Part shown: one piece after another, positions 50,054-61,590 of the stretch
Layout of the letters: each line of letters opens with the position of its first letter
Numbering within the stretch: the stretch's first letter is position 1
NCBI RefSeq assembly: GCF_004010195.1
Contig: NC_057719.1
Location: forward strand, 10,376,206 to 10,440,205
From: Chiloscyllium plagiosum
Taxonomy: Eukaryota
Reading direction: 5' to 3'
DNA length: 64,000 nt
Notes under the pieces: generated by a model
Databases searched by the model: none
What the model was told of the DNA's origin: nothing
The model's input: the letters and a program-made list of their open reading frames with translations, nothing else
Program-made: the position numbers and the translations under genes

Positions 50054-50241
50054 GAAAGATATGCGGATGCTGTAAATCAGAAATGAAAATGAAAATTTCC
50101 TGGAAAGGCTCAGTAGATCTGGCAGCATGTGTGTTCTGAGGAAGGGTAACTCAACCTGAAACGTTAACTCTGATTTCTCTCCATAGATGCTGCCCGACCT
50201 GCAGAGCTTTTCCAGCAAGTTCTGCTTTTTTTCTGATTTAA
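50054..50241. mobile_element. PLE-derived inverted insertion with hammerhead motif (50133-50168, +)
   Basis: GUU-CUGAGGA-A-GGGU(AACUCA)ACCU-GAAAC-GUU-AAC. Inverted arms CTGGAAAGGCTCAGTAGATCTGGCAGCAT / ATGCTGCCCGACCTGCAGAGCTTTTCCAG. Confidence 0.8.
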
Positions 50242-50967
50242 AGTGAACAGTGTTTCATTAGAACATGAACATTTTTCATTTTCGATTGCTTTTACAAAAT
50301 ATTTATTGATTACTTATTTAATAGCTGTACACGCGAAACCACTCTGCATTATATATTCCAGAAATGGTATCACACACATCTCTATGGAGCAGGTGGAACT
50401 TGAAGCCAGGCCTCCTGGGCTAGGGCTATGGATTTTACCATTGTGCCACAAGATCCCTGAATGGATATAGTTTGGAAGATTTTACTCTGAATTTGAGTGA
50501 AAGGACTTAATTTTATCCAATCTATATGATTTAATTAAATGCCATAACATCAAACTCTTAAAGGATAATCAATTAAATCTGGCTTCAGACACTGGAAACT
50601 GTCCTATTGAGAATGAAGACAAACTAAACAGCATCACTGTTACACCTCTTGGAATGTAAAATGGGCTTCAGCTGTAGAATATTAATGCACACAAACAGCA
50701 TATTAACCCAGTAAGTCTGTTGTCATGCTCACTGTAAGGTAGTTCACCTCATGTGCTTCATAATACCACTTCCCTGTTATAGTGCTGAGTCAATATTTTA
50801 ATCAGCCTATTCAAAGATGTTATGACACATGGCTGGACCAGATGGGTCTTAAACTACAATCCTCCTGGCTCACAGGTAGGGACACTGCCACTGCACCGTA
50901 CAACTCCCTGTATTAGGGCCGATCAAATGCTCATTGATGTAAAACAAGTGAGCAGTACTGGTCTACT

Positions 50968-51250
50968 CAGATTCATAGAACCTCTACAGTGCAGCAGCAG
51001 GCCATTCAACCCACACTGACCCTCCAAGCGGTATCTCACCCAATTCCCCGCCCTACTCTCTGTTATTCTGCATTCCCCATAGCTAATCCACCTAACCTGC
51101 GCATCTTTGGACTGTGGGAGGAAACTGAAGCACCCAGAGGAAACCCAGGGAGAATGTGAAAACTCCACACAGACAGTCACCCAAGGGTGGAATTGCACCT
51201 GGGTCCCTGACACTGTGAGGCAGCAGTGCTAACTACTGAGCCATCGTGTC
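50968..51250 (-). mobile_element. HE1-type V-SINE (diverged)
   Basis: Reverse-complement V-domain and tRNA head (CTGTGAGGCAGCAGTGCTAACTACTGAGCCA). Confidence 0.85.
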
Positions 51251-53671
51251 CTATTACCATTCCCAGTGAGAGACTTTGTCTTATTGACTCCTATCCTTAA
51301 GAAAGGAACTCAGAATAAAGAGCTGCTTAGCTCTCACCTAAAACATTACACTAAAATACCATCTAACTGACTACTGATAGTTCCAGGAATTCGTAAGTGC
51401 AAAATGTCTCATTATTCACTGAAATGCAAGGCAATATACAAGAGCAAAATATGGGTGAAAACGTGCGTAATTTAATTTTGCAGACATAAAGTCAACTGAA
51501 ATGAGCATTAAAAGACAAAGGTACTCAATTACACTGCCAACAATAAAAGACACAGGGAAACTTGTCCAGTGTTTAAAGTAAATCAACGCTAAAAATTATT
51601 AGACAGGCTCAGATTCATCAGAAGTGGAGAAAATACACATGATTCCCAACCTAGGAATTGGAAGGCAATGGCCAAACAGTATTATCCAGAGCCTCAGGTA
51701 ATGTTCTCGGGACCTGGGTTCACATCTCTGCCTTGACTGATGGTGGCATTTGAATCCAATAAAAATTGGAATTACAAGTCTAATGATGACCATGAATTAA
51801 TTGTTGGGGAAAATCCGATCTGGTTCACTCATGCCCTTGAGGGAAGGAAACTGCCATCTGTCCCTGGTCTGGCCTACATGTGACCTGGAGCAATATGGTT
51901 GACTCTTAACTGCCCTCTCAGTAATAAATGCTGCCCAGTTAGTGACACAACTACATCCTGTGAATATATTTTTTAAAAACCTGATCTTCTCAGCTGGGAG
52001 AAAATTGTGGAGCATTGTAATTTTTTAGGATAGTTCTTCAATTGCAAGTTTCATTTCCAAGTAATCACATAACCAGGACTGTATTAAAAACAAACGATTT
52101 CATTAACTACAGAATAAAGTTAACAATGACATTCTCAGTCATCAGATTTTATGACCCAGGTATTCAATCATTCGGAGAATTTCAAAATGTTACATCATGG
52201 ACACAGATCATTAAGACTCTCTGGATACTTTTTATTGCAAGATGCCCAATCTAACTTGCCAATCAAACAGCAGCTTTTTTCTCTTAGCATGTAACTCGTG
52301 ATCATTGAAATGTGACATTAATGTGTTTGTCCTCATGAATGCAACATGAAAATCTTTAGCCAACACGTCCCACTTCTCAGCAATAATTACTTTTGAAAGT
52401 TCAATACTGTCCCTTCCCTCCTTTTGTAATATTTCAAACATTTACGAAAGGAGCATTTTTACCGAGACAAATTGGAGTTGGCATCACTTTGAAATCTTCT
52501 TGTGCATTTACGTTTCCATGTATCAGCAGCTTAGCATAAGAATAGATCATCTTTCCTGATGAATGTGATGCTTCAGTTATATATCGCTCAAAGAAATACT
52601 CAAATCTGTTGTTGAAAACAATTGTTGTGCTGATTTATTACATTGCATTATATCCCACACTGGCTGAGATTACCATAGCAGACTCTCCTTTACAACAATA
52701 TTCCTCAACTGAGGCGTAGTGACCCTCAGGTTAAACCACCACTAGTCGTTTCTCTCTCTCTCTCTCTCTAATGAGACAGCAGCCTTTATTTTTATTGCAG
52801 GTAAATTGCAACAACACAAGTTGTTCAGCACAATCAGTCCCTGTTGCTTCTATTCCACCAAACTGCACTCCCAAATCCATGGCACAAATGTTTTGCTCCT
52901 GAGACTGGGTCAGGAAATTTGCCAGCTCACACAAGCGTCCATTTTGCCTGATGCTCCTCCTGACGGTGCTTTCTTCATTCGGTGTGAGATTGAATTGAGT
53001 TGTTCATTGTTGAATGGAGAACATGGGCAGCCACAGGAGCTGCTGACTGCTGAGCCCAGCCATTTTAGTGGTCTACCTCATCCGACTTCATCCCATTTGT
53101 TTTATTCAATCTGGAGCTTCCTAATCCTTACATCTCACATCCTACCACCCCCACCAATTCTCTGTTAGTTCATTCCCCCAACCAGACCTATGGCCCCTTG
53201 AACTGAGTGGCTTGCTTGGGCCACTTTTGGGCTAAGAGTCAAACCCAAGGGTGACCAGAAGCTGAACTGGACGAGCCACATAAAGGCTACAAGAGTAGGT
53301 TAGAGGTCAGGAATCCTAACGTGTCAAACTCACCCCCTATTCCACCAAACCCTGTCCACCACCTACAAGGCACAAGTCAGGAGTATGATGACCATCCAGG
53401 GCAAAGCAGCCCGCTTGATTGGCACCACGTCCACCACTTTCAACATTCAAATTCAAGAGCCAACCATATTGCTGTTGGTCTGGAGTCACCTGCAGGCCAG
53501 GTGAGGCAAGGATGGCAAATTACCTTCCATTTTGGACATTGTGAACCAGATGGCTTTTTAGTACAATTTGTGAAGTTTCATGGTTGCCATGGACTGAAGT
53601 AATTTTAAATTTGACCAGCTACTGACAGAGATATGAATCCTCAGAGCATTTGGTTCGGTCTATGGATTGCT

Positions 53672-54267
53672 GTGAGTATAAATACTCACCTTTTAATCAC
53701 CAACGGTCATTTGAGTGGGAGCAGCGGAAGTGAGGTTGGAGCGCATAGCTGGGCGGGAAGGTAAGTGATTAGTATTTGAGTGGGTGTGTTCTAGACCCCA
53801 GGTCCTACTCCCGTAGGGCCTCCCTCCCACCCTCCTCCTCTAGCCTAACTTTAAAGTCCACAGGTAAGTGACTCAGTGTTATTGACTCAGTGCTCTTGTT
53901 TTTGGAGAAAGTGTACAGTCATGGCAGCGCAGGCGGTGGACTGTTCCTCCTGCAGGATGTTTGAGGTAGGGGTGACCACCGATACTCCTGCCGACTTCGT
54001 CTGCAGGAAATGCAGTCAGATCCTGATCCCCACCGAACGAGTTAGGGAACTGGAACTGGAGTTGGATGAACTGAGGATCATTCCAGAGGCTGAGAGGGTG
54101 CTAGATAGAAGCTACAGGGACATAGTTACGCCGGAGAACAGAGGTAGCTGGGTAACAGTTAGAGGTGGGAAGGGGAAGAAGCAGGCAGTGCAGGGTTCCC
54201 CTGTGGACGTGCCCCTAAAAAATAAATATACAGCTTTGGAAACTGTTGGGGGGGACAGCGTTGCAGG
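53672..54267 (+). mobile_element. CR1-type LINE 5'UTR plus ORF1 N-terminus (3'-truncated)
   Basis: From ATG 53921: CSSC...FVCRKC zinc finger, coiled coil ERVRELELELDELR, then WVTVR and VPLKNKYTAL motifs typical of CR1 ORF1. Similarity ends abruptly at ~54267. Confidence 0.8.
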
Positions 54268-54513
54268 TGTAATGCCAGGAAGCAGCCTGATGAATAAGAA
54301 CTGGACTCTCTCTGTTGTATCAATCCCTTTTAATGAAGCAGAACTGAAACTGTGCACAGTAATCCAATTACTAATTGGAAGAATAATAAAACAGCAATGG
54401 CAAGGACAAAGGCTTGCCATTTGCACTAGCTGGTAAGACTGGAAAACTGGGCTACTCCCAATTCTGCCCATTTGACAGCATTTCATCACTATTGGTTAGA
54501 TTAAAGTTCATTC

Positions 54514-54822
54514 AGGGTGGCACGGTGGCACAGTGGTTAGCACTGCTGCCTCACAGCGCCAGAGACCCGGGTTAATTCTCGCCTCAGGCGACTGACTGTG
54601 TGGAGTTTGCACGTTCTCCCCGTGTCTGCGTGGGTTTCTTTCCTCCCACAGTCCAAAGATGTGCTGGTCAGGTGAATTGGCCATGCTAAATTGCCCGTAG
54701 CGTTGGGTAAAAGGTGTAAATGTAGGGGTATGGGTGGGTTGCGCTTCGGCGGGGCGGTGTGGACTTGTTGGGCCGAAGGGCGTGTTTCCACACTGTAAGT
54801 AATCTAATCTAATCTAATCTAA
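54514..54822 (+). mobile_element. HE1-type V-SINE
   Basis: Full head, V-domain with a small deletion, (TAATC)n tail. Confidence 0.92.
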
Positions 54823-55039
54823 GCCTGCACCAATTTTAATCTGACCTGCCAATCCGGAAATGAATGAGATCTCTTGTAATGCACTGGCCTGATTTCCCTC
54901 TCCAATGATATTTGGTTCGAGAAATTATTAGTACGCAAAGAACTAAAAAGAGAGGGAGTAAAGCCAACAGGAATGGCAGCTTCACAAATAGCCCACCCTT
55001 GTGGGGAGCTCAGGACATCAGCACAAAAGACAAGGCTTA

Positions 55040-56830
55040 CGATTTGAACTATCTCCAGCCAGATGTGGCAAATGGATGATCCACATCAGTTTCTGCCAGA
55101 GGCCCTCAGCATCACAGATGCATGTCTTCAATTTGATTCATTCCACATGTTATCAAGAATTGACTGAAGGAACTGATTACTGCTAAGGATATGGGCCCTG
55201 ACAATATTACACCAATAGTACTGACAACTTGTGCTCCAAAACCAGCCTTGCCCCTAGCCAGGGTGTTCCAGTGCAGCTACAGTATTGCCATCTACCTGAC
55301 CGTGTGGAAAAGCATAAAAAGCAGGACACACCCAACCTGATCTCATTAACCAACTAATCATTAGGAAAGTGCTAGAAGGGCCTTCAACATCGCTTTCAAG
55401 TAGCACTTACAAAGGAATAATGCTAAGTTAGGTTTCCATCAGAGCCAGTCAGCTCTTAACCTCATTATAGCATTCATCTAAACACAGGCAGAGGAGTTGA
55501 GCTCCCAAGATGAGGTGAGGTCAACACACACAGATGACTGTCATTTGACTAAGTGTGGCATTAAGGAGCCCTTGCAACACTGGAGTCAACGGCAATTTGG
55601 GGGAAAACTCTTCACTGGATGAAGTCATAGCTGGCATGAAGTCATAGGAAGATGGTTGTGGTTGTTAGAGGTCATTCATCTCAGTTCACGAGTTCTCCGC
55701 AGGCGTTTCTAGGCCAATCTTAAACTACTTTATGGGCGGCACAGTGGCACAGTGGTTAGCGCTGATGCTTCACAGCACCAGAGACCCGGGTTCAATTCCC
55801 GCCTCAGACGACTGACTGTGTGGAATTTGCACATTCACCCAGTGTCTGCATGGGTTTCCTCCAGGTGCTCCCGTTTCCTCCCACAGTCCAAAAATGTGTA
55901 GGTTAGATGAATTGGCCATGCTAAATTGCCTGTAGTGTTAGGTGTAGGGGAATGGGTCTGGGTGGGTTGCTCTTCGGAGAGTCGGTGTGGACATGTTGGG
56001 CCAAAGGGCCTGTTTCCACACTAAGTAATCTAATCTAATCTAATCTAAGTCATCTAAGTTCTTCCCTTCAACATTAAGGTCAGAAATGGGAATGTTCACT
56101 GATGATTGCACACAGTGTCCACCATCATTAGCAACACCTCAGCTACTGAAGCAGTCCATGTCCAAATGCAGAAAGACTTGTACGATATCCTAATAGGTGG
56201 CAAGCACCATTCAGACCACACAAAGCCAGATACCTCCAATGGCACAATATTGGTTGCGTCCATTCTGACTACAGCCCCATTGCCGAATCCCTCATGATCA
56301 TTATCCTGGCAGTTACCATTGACCAGAAACTGACCTGAACAAGCCACATGAAAGCTACAAGAGCAGGTCAGACATCAGGAATCCTGACATGCTAAACTCA
56401 CTCCCCTATTTCCCCCAAAGCTCATCCACCATCTATAAGGCAGAATTCAGGATTATGATGGGATACTCCCCACTTGCCTGATTTGATGCAGCTTCAAGAA
56501 TGCTCAAAATGCTTGACACCATCCAGGACAGTGCAGCCAGGTTGACTGACACCACATCTACCACTTCCAACATTCATATTCCTTTCACCATTGATTCTCA
56601 GTAGCAGAATTGTGTATCATTTACACAACACACTGCACTATCTCAGCAAGGTTCCTTTGACAGTACATTCCCAACCTGTAACTTCTCCGAACCAGAAAGA
56701 CAAGGGTGAAAAAATGGATGAGATTGCCATCACTTTTAGGTTCCTAGCACCACTGTCTCTGCAATCCAAGAAAGAATGTTACTACCTTCATTTCTTGGGC
56801 AATTAGGGATGGCCAAACCAGCAAGACCCA
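55040..56830 (+). mobile_element. Old CR1-clade LINE RT fragment, heavily decayed, interrupted by a SINE
   Basis: 55191 onward translates MGPDNITPIVLTTCAPKPALPLARVFQCSYSIAIYLTVWK (RT N-terminal GPD...WK motif). The 3' part matches the ~18360-18737 fragment. Confidence 0.7.
55734..56048 (+). mobile_element. HE1-type V-SINE
   Basis: Full-length with (TAATC)n tail. Confidence 0.92.
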
Positions 56831-58165
56831 CATCACATGAGCAAATAGGAAAACAGGATTGAGAATGAGAAAATACGTCACAGAAGTAAATTGGGAAATG
56901 AAAAATAAGACATTTGACATTGGTAACAGCAGAGTTATCAATCACAGTGATTCTAAAAAGAGTGCTAGAATTATGGAACCCACATCCTCATACTAGTAAC
57001 TGAACCGAGATGAATTGTTTATTATAATCCTGAAATTAATAGGTTTTAACATTCAAAACTATGAAGAGAATTGGGACAACAAATGGCATATATGTTGCCC
57101 ATGAACAAACATAATGTCTTTGAATGGTGGAAAAGGCTATGAGCCATAATTTTCCTACAATTGAACCTGTAATAGTTGGTAATCATTTTGTTGTTAGGGC
57201 AAATTTACTAATTTACTAACCAAGAAAGCAGTCAAACCTAAAGTAGCACAGATCTAGGTAGCAATGCTGTATTCCCATCTTGGGACGCATGATGCATTTA
57301 AGATTGTGTTCACATTCAGGATACAGGGGGGATAAATTCATCCCAAGATGTGATCTAAGCCCTGGTTAATACCAGGCAATTCAGATTCCAGACAGGAACC
57401 AACTTGATTGATCATAATTTTGATTTTTACAAAATGGTCTTTCACTGAAACATAAGCAAGCAATGTTGCAACATTTTCTTCAGCAATAAAGCGGAATTAT
57501 ATTAACAGGAGATAAGAGGATAAGTTAGAATCTACCAAACTATCAACTTAAAATATAAATTCAAAGTATTTTGAGCATGCAGTAAAAATTGTAATCCCAT
57601 TAATCTCAAAATCTTCTTTTATAAATTGAAAAGAAACAAAACAGCTTTTGTACAGTACCTGAAACACACTCCTGGCGCAGTAAACAAAACACAACTCACA
57701 CAATACTCACATACTCCAGTACACAGCCTTACTGGACTTTGGTAGGTTTAAGTCACTAATGAGTCCCACTTTTACACTGAAACTGCAGATACAATTTTGA
57801 GATCAGAACTGCAGCTAGCTCCAGGAAGAAGCTATTCTCCATCAAGCTTCAATGTAATCAGTTTTAAGTAACCTCTTCAAGGGTTTGTCTACTTCTGGTC
57901 TGGATTAACATCACGTCCTCACTCAGAGAACACAGTTCACTATACATCCTTCCCTGGTCTGGAAAATGGGTTTATACAGCCAACCTATTCCAATGACATT
58001 GCAGGACTGCCACAAACTCAGAGCAAAAATTGAAACCCAAGGAAATCCATCTCTTCTGTGTGTTCACCTTCAGCTTAAGAAATACAAGTTCCAGAAATCT
58101 CTAACAAACCTTAAGGGTCTGCTTTTCACCTGCTTTGTCACAAAACAGTCTAAAATAACCAAAGT

Positions 58166-58403
58166 TAAAAATCACACAACACTAGGTTATAGTCCAACAG
58201 GTTTAATTGGAAGCACACTAGCTTTCGGAGCGACGCTCCTTCATCAGGTGATCGCTCCTTCATCAGGTGGTAGGCTATCACCTGATGAAGGAGCGTCGCT
58301 CCAAAAGCTAGTGTGCTTCCAATTAAACCTGTTGGACTATAACCTGGTGTTATGTGATTTTTAACTTTGTACACCCCAGTCCAACACCGGCATCTCCGAA
58401 TCA
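58166..58403. mobile_element. Palindromic PLE-like insertion (distinct family) with inverted hammerhead motifs and 15-bp TSD
   Basis: ~90-bp inverted arms. TSD TAAAATAACCAAAGT at 58151-58165 and 58404-58418. Motifs at 58216-58250 (-) and 58279-58313 (+). Confidence 0.88.
58216..58250 (-). ncRNA. Minimal type-I hammerhead ribozyme motif, AGCU/CUA variant
   Basis: CAC-CUGAUGA-A-GGAGC(GUC)GCUCC-GAAAG-CUA-GUG: helix I CAC/GUG, 5-bp helix II, palindromic AGCU helix III. Confidence 0.78.
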
Positions 58404-59846
58404 TAAAATAACCAAAGTCACTTAGTGTTGCACAAACCCATTCCCTCTAAGGCCAGGCCCCAAATGCTGTTTTAAAAGAAATGACCATGGCTACAGAAAT
58501 AGTACAAGATAGTTATTATCTTCAGACAGATGGTTATTATCTGAAAAAAAAACTCAATCTTACAATAAATATATTTTAAAAATATAAATCCTACAGGTGA
58601 CATGACATAAGGAACATATAACTAAATAATAATACTTGGAATGTGTGTTCGAGTGTGGTGGGATTCTTATGCATTTGTGATTTTTAACTGGTTGGCTTTA
58701 TGCAAATGATGCAATTTTGTACATGCATAGCACATTATTGCTAAGTAATTGAAATCAAATGGAATTTCTCAGTAAATGGGCAATAATGTATTTAAGTGTT
58801 TTTTTCCTCTTGTTCAGATCACGACTTGAAGGTGCATTAACATTCCTGGAGTTACAGGGTGTTCAGTTCTGATGCAGAATCTCAATACGTGCCTTCACTG
58901 TATATTGGTTATGGTGCCTGAATGATGATAATGAGTCTTTTGTCAAGGTTTTCTCGTAATTGATGCTTCTAACTACTGGTTCTGAATTACATGTTCTTTG
59001 ACCCAATGTAAATGACCACTTCAGTCTGATCAGAAGTGAATGTCACCTTCATTGTCCTTGGAGGCCGCATGAATATTCTATTTTGGGGGACCTTGTGGTT
59101 AAAGTTCTTGATCCCTTTTTCTTTAGAAGACCCTCTCACTGGATCTTTTAACTCATTCAAACTCATTGTTGCTTTGTTTGCAATATATATTAATGACTTG
59201 TAGGAAAGAAGTGAACATACTGCAGCCAAATTTGGCACAAAAATGGGCACGTTGCAAGAGAGATATTGATGGGTTAACTAAATGGACAAAACGTTTGCAA
59301 ATGGAGTATAACGTGGGAAAATGTGAAGCTGTTCGTTTTAAAAGGGAGGACAGATTGCTATTGAAATGGACAAAAACTAGAGAAAGCCGCAGCACAAAGG
59401 GACTTGGGATTTCTACACGAAACACAGAAAGCTGGTACACAGGTAATCAGGAAGGCCAACAGAATGTTGGTCGTTATTTCAAAGACGTTGGAGTCCAAGA
59501 GTTTTACTGCAACTGTACCAGGTGCTGGTGAGACTACATCCGGAGTGCTCTGTGCAGCTTTGGTCCCTTTATCAAAGGAAAGACATTATTTCATTGGAGG
59601 CAGTTCAGAGAAAGGTCACCAGGATGATCCCTAGTATGGAGGAATTGTCTTATGGATAAAGACAATACAGAATGGGACTGTACTCACTGTTGTTTAGAAG
59701 GAAGACAGGAGATCTAATCGAAACATATCGGATTCTTAAGAAGTTTGACAGGGTAAATGCTGAGAGAATGGTGACTCTCATGGAATAGTCTAGGACCAGA
59801 GGGCACAGTCTCTGAATGAAGGCACACCAATTTAAAACTGAAATAA

Positions 59847-60708
59847 TGTTATGCAGATTTGGATGTACTGAATCTTTAATAGCGTTTAATGCTAACAGCA
59901 CTACCTGACAGCACCAAGTGTTCTGAACAAGACATAATGTAACCTGTGAAGAGAAAATGAGGTCTGCAGATGCTGGAGATCAGAGATGGAAATGTGTTGC
60001 TGGAGAAGTGCAGCAGGTCAGGCAGCATCTAGGGAACAGGAGAATCGACGTTTCGGGCATTAGCCTGAAGAAGGCTAGATGTTCCCTAGATGCTGCCTGA
60101 CCTGCTGCGCTTCTCCAGCAACATATTTCCATCCATAATGTAACCTGTGGTTCACGAGCAAGTGTAGCTGGTTGCCGGGAAATGACAAAACAGATTCAAA
60201 TTAGGACAATCAGTTTAAACTAAACTCCAAAAAAAACCAAACTCCAATCAAGTTTGAATTTAGTGCATCAACAATTGTAAAAGCATAATCCGATGCTTTG
60301 GGGATATAAGACCGGGGAAAATTGAACAGTTGGGAGGAGAACTGCCAAACCAATGACATCTGCAGACTGCCTGGACATTAGCTCTCTTAAAGGTCTGCGA
60401 CCTGTGAAGCTGAAATCCCTAAGGAGAAGAAAAGAAGGTCCGACATCTGGGTAGTTTTTTGTAAACTTGAATTTTTGTTAAATCATAATCGGGGGTTTTA
60501 TCAGACTAATATTGCAGAAGGGGAAGATAAAAGATAGGATAGAAGAAGGAGGTGTAAATAGTTGTGAGTTAATTATTCTCAGTTACGCTTTAAGAAATAA
60601 AGTTGTTAATTTTTACTTTAAATAGTTCATGTCCTATCGAATTTTCACAGACTACTGCATGGGATAAATCTTTTCTGTGTTGCTGGTTTAAATTACGCAG
60701 GAGTAACG
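59847..60708 (+). mobile_element. Solo LTR with 4-bp TSD
   Basis: TGTTA...TAACG termini (last base differs from the expected A), ATAA duplicated on both sides, TATA-like GATATAAG near 60303, AATAAA near 60596. Confidence 0.7.
59949..60133. mobile_element. Palindromic PLE-derived insertion with 16-bp TSD, nested in the solo LTR
   Basis: TSD CATAATGTAACCTGTG at 59933-59948 and 60134-60149. Inverted arms surround truncated hammerhead halves (TCGACGTTTCGGGC; CTGAAGAAGG). Confidence 0.88.
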
Positions 60709-61059
60709 ATAAGGAGGAATTTCTTTTCACAGAGGGTTGAGTGTCTTTGGAGCTCCTTGTGGTGGAGAGCTGTGGGGCAGAGTCCTTGTGTATATTTAAG
60801 GCTTAGATAGATTTTCGATCAGCCGGGGAATCTAGGGTTCAGGGGAAAACACAATAAAGTGGATGTGAGGAATGTCGGGTCAGCCATAATATTATTGCTC
60901 CTACTTATTCGGGTCTTATGGAAATTTACTGATCAAAATTCTGGGACTCCCTTCCTATTAGCACAGTGGATCCCCATCCACCCCGAAGGACTGCAGCGAT
61001 TCAAGGAGGCAGCTTACTGATACCTTCTCAAGGACAACGAGAGTTCAGCAAACAAAAAG

Positions 61060-61590
61060 GATTAAAAATCGAAACCTATTGACATACAGACAAGCAAAAG
61101 TAATGTCATTTACAAAATACCGTGCAAGAACTGTAACAAACACTACATTGGACAAACGCGCAGAAAACTAGCCACCAGGATACATGAACATCAACTAGCC
61201 ACAAAAAAACATGATCCTCTCTCACTAGTATCCTTATATTTAGATAAGGAAGGACACCACTTCGACTGGGACAACACATCCATCCTAGGACAAGCCAAAC
61301 AAAGACACGCACCAGAATTCCTCGAAGCATGGCATTCCAACTGGAACTCTATCAACAAACACATCAAGTTAGACCCCATCTACCACCCCGTGAGAGAAAC
61401 AACAGGAAATGCCATCACCACAGGAAATGACATCACCAACCCAAAGAAACCCAAACATATAAATAGAAAGCAGGAATCATCAGCAGTGCTTCGCCTGGAG
61501 GCCCACTGAAGATGTTACCTAGTGGGGTAATGAAACGTCTGGAAATGAACTTTCCAGCTCAGTGAGCAAACCTACATCCAGAACCTGAAG
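61060..61590 (+). mobile_element. Penelope-type 3' fragment: GIY-YIG endonuclease plus terminal repeat
   Basis: Translation KSNVIYKIPCKNCNKHYIGQTRRKLATRIHEHQLA...FDWDNTSILGQA...EFLEAWHS; paralogous to 46640-48216. Confidence 0.9.
61503..61542 (+). ncRNA. Minimal type-I hammerhead ribozyme motif
   Basis: CCA-CUGAAGA-U-GUUACC(UAGUGG)GGUAAU-GAAAC-GUC-UGG: helix I CCA/UGG, 6-bp helix II, ACGU helix III. Confidence 0.78.

Larger units (their letters stand above)
59170..60920 (+). mobile_element. CR1-type LINE ORF2 3' fragment interrupted by a solo LTR
   Basis: Translation RDIDGLTKWTKRLQMEYNVGKCEAV and QVIRKANRML. It resumes at 60709 with AGGAGGAATTTCTTTTCACAGAGGGT. Confidence 0.85.

Noticed and set aside
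1376..56048. Recurring ORFs such as MGNLAWPIHLTCTSLDCGRKPEHPEETHADTGR and MWKQALRPNKSTP as a gene family
   Set aside because: They are translations of HE1-type SINE copies.
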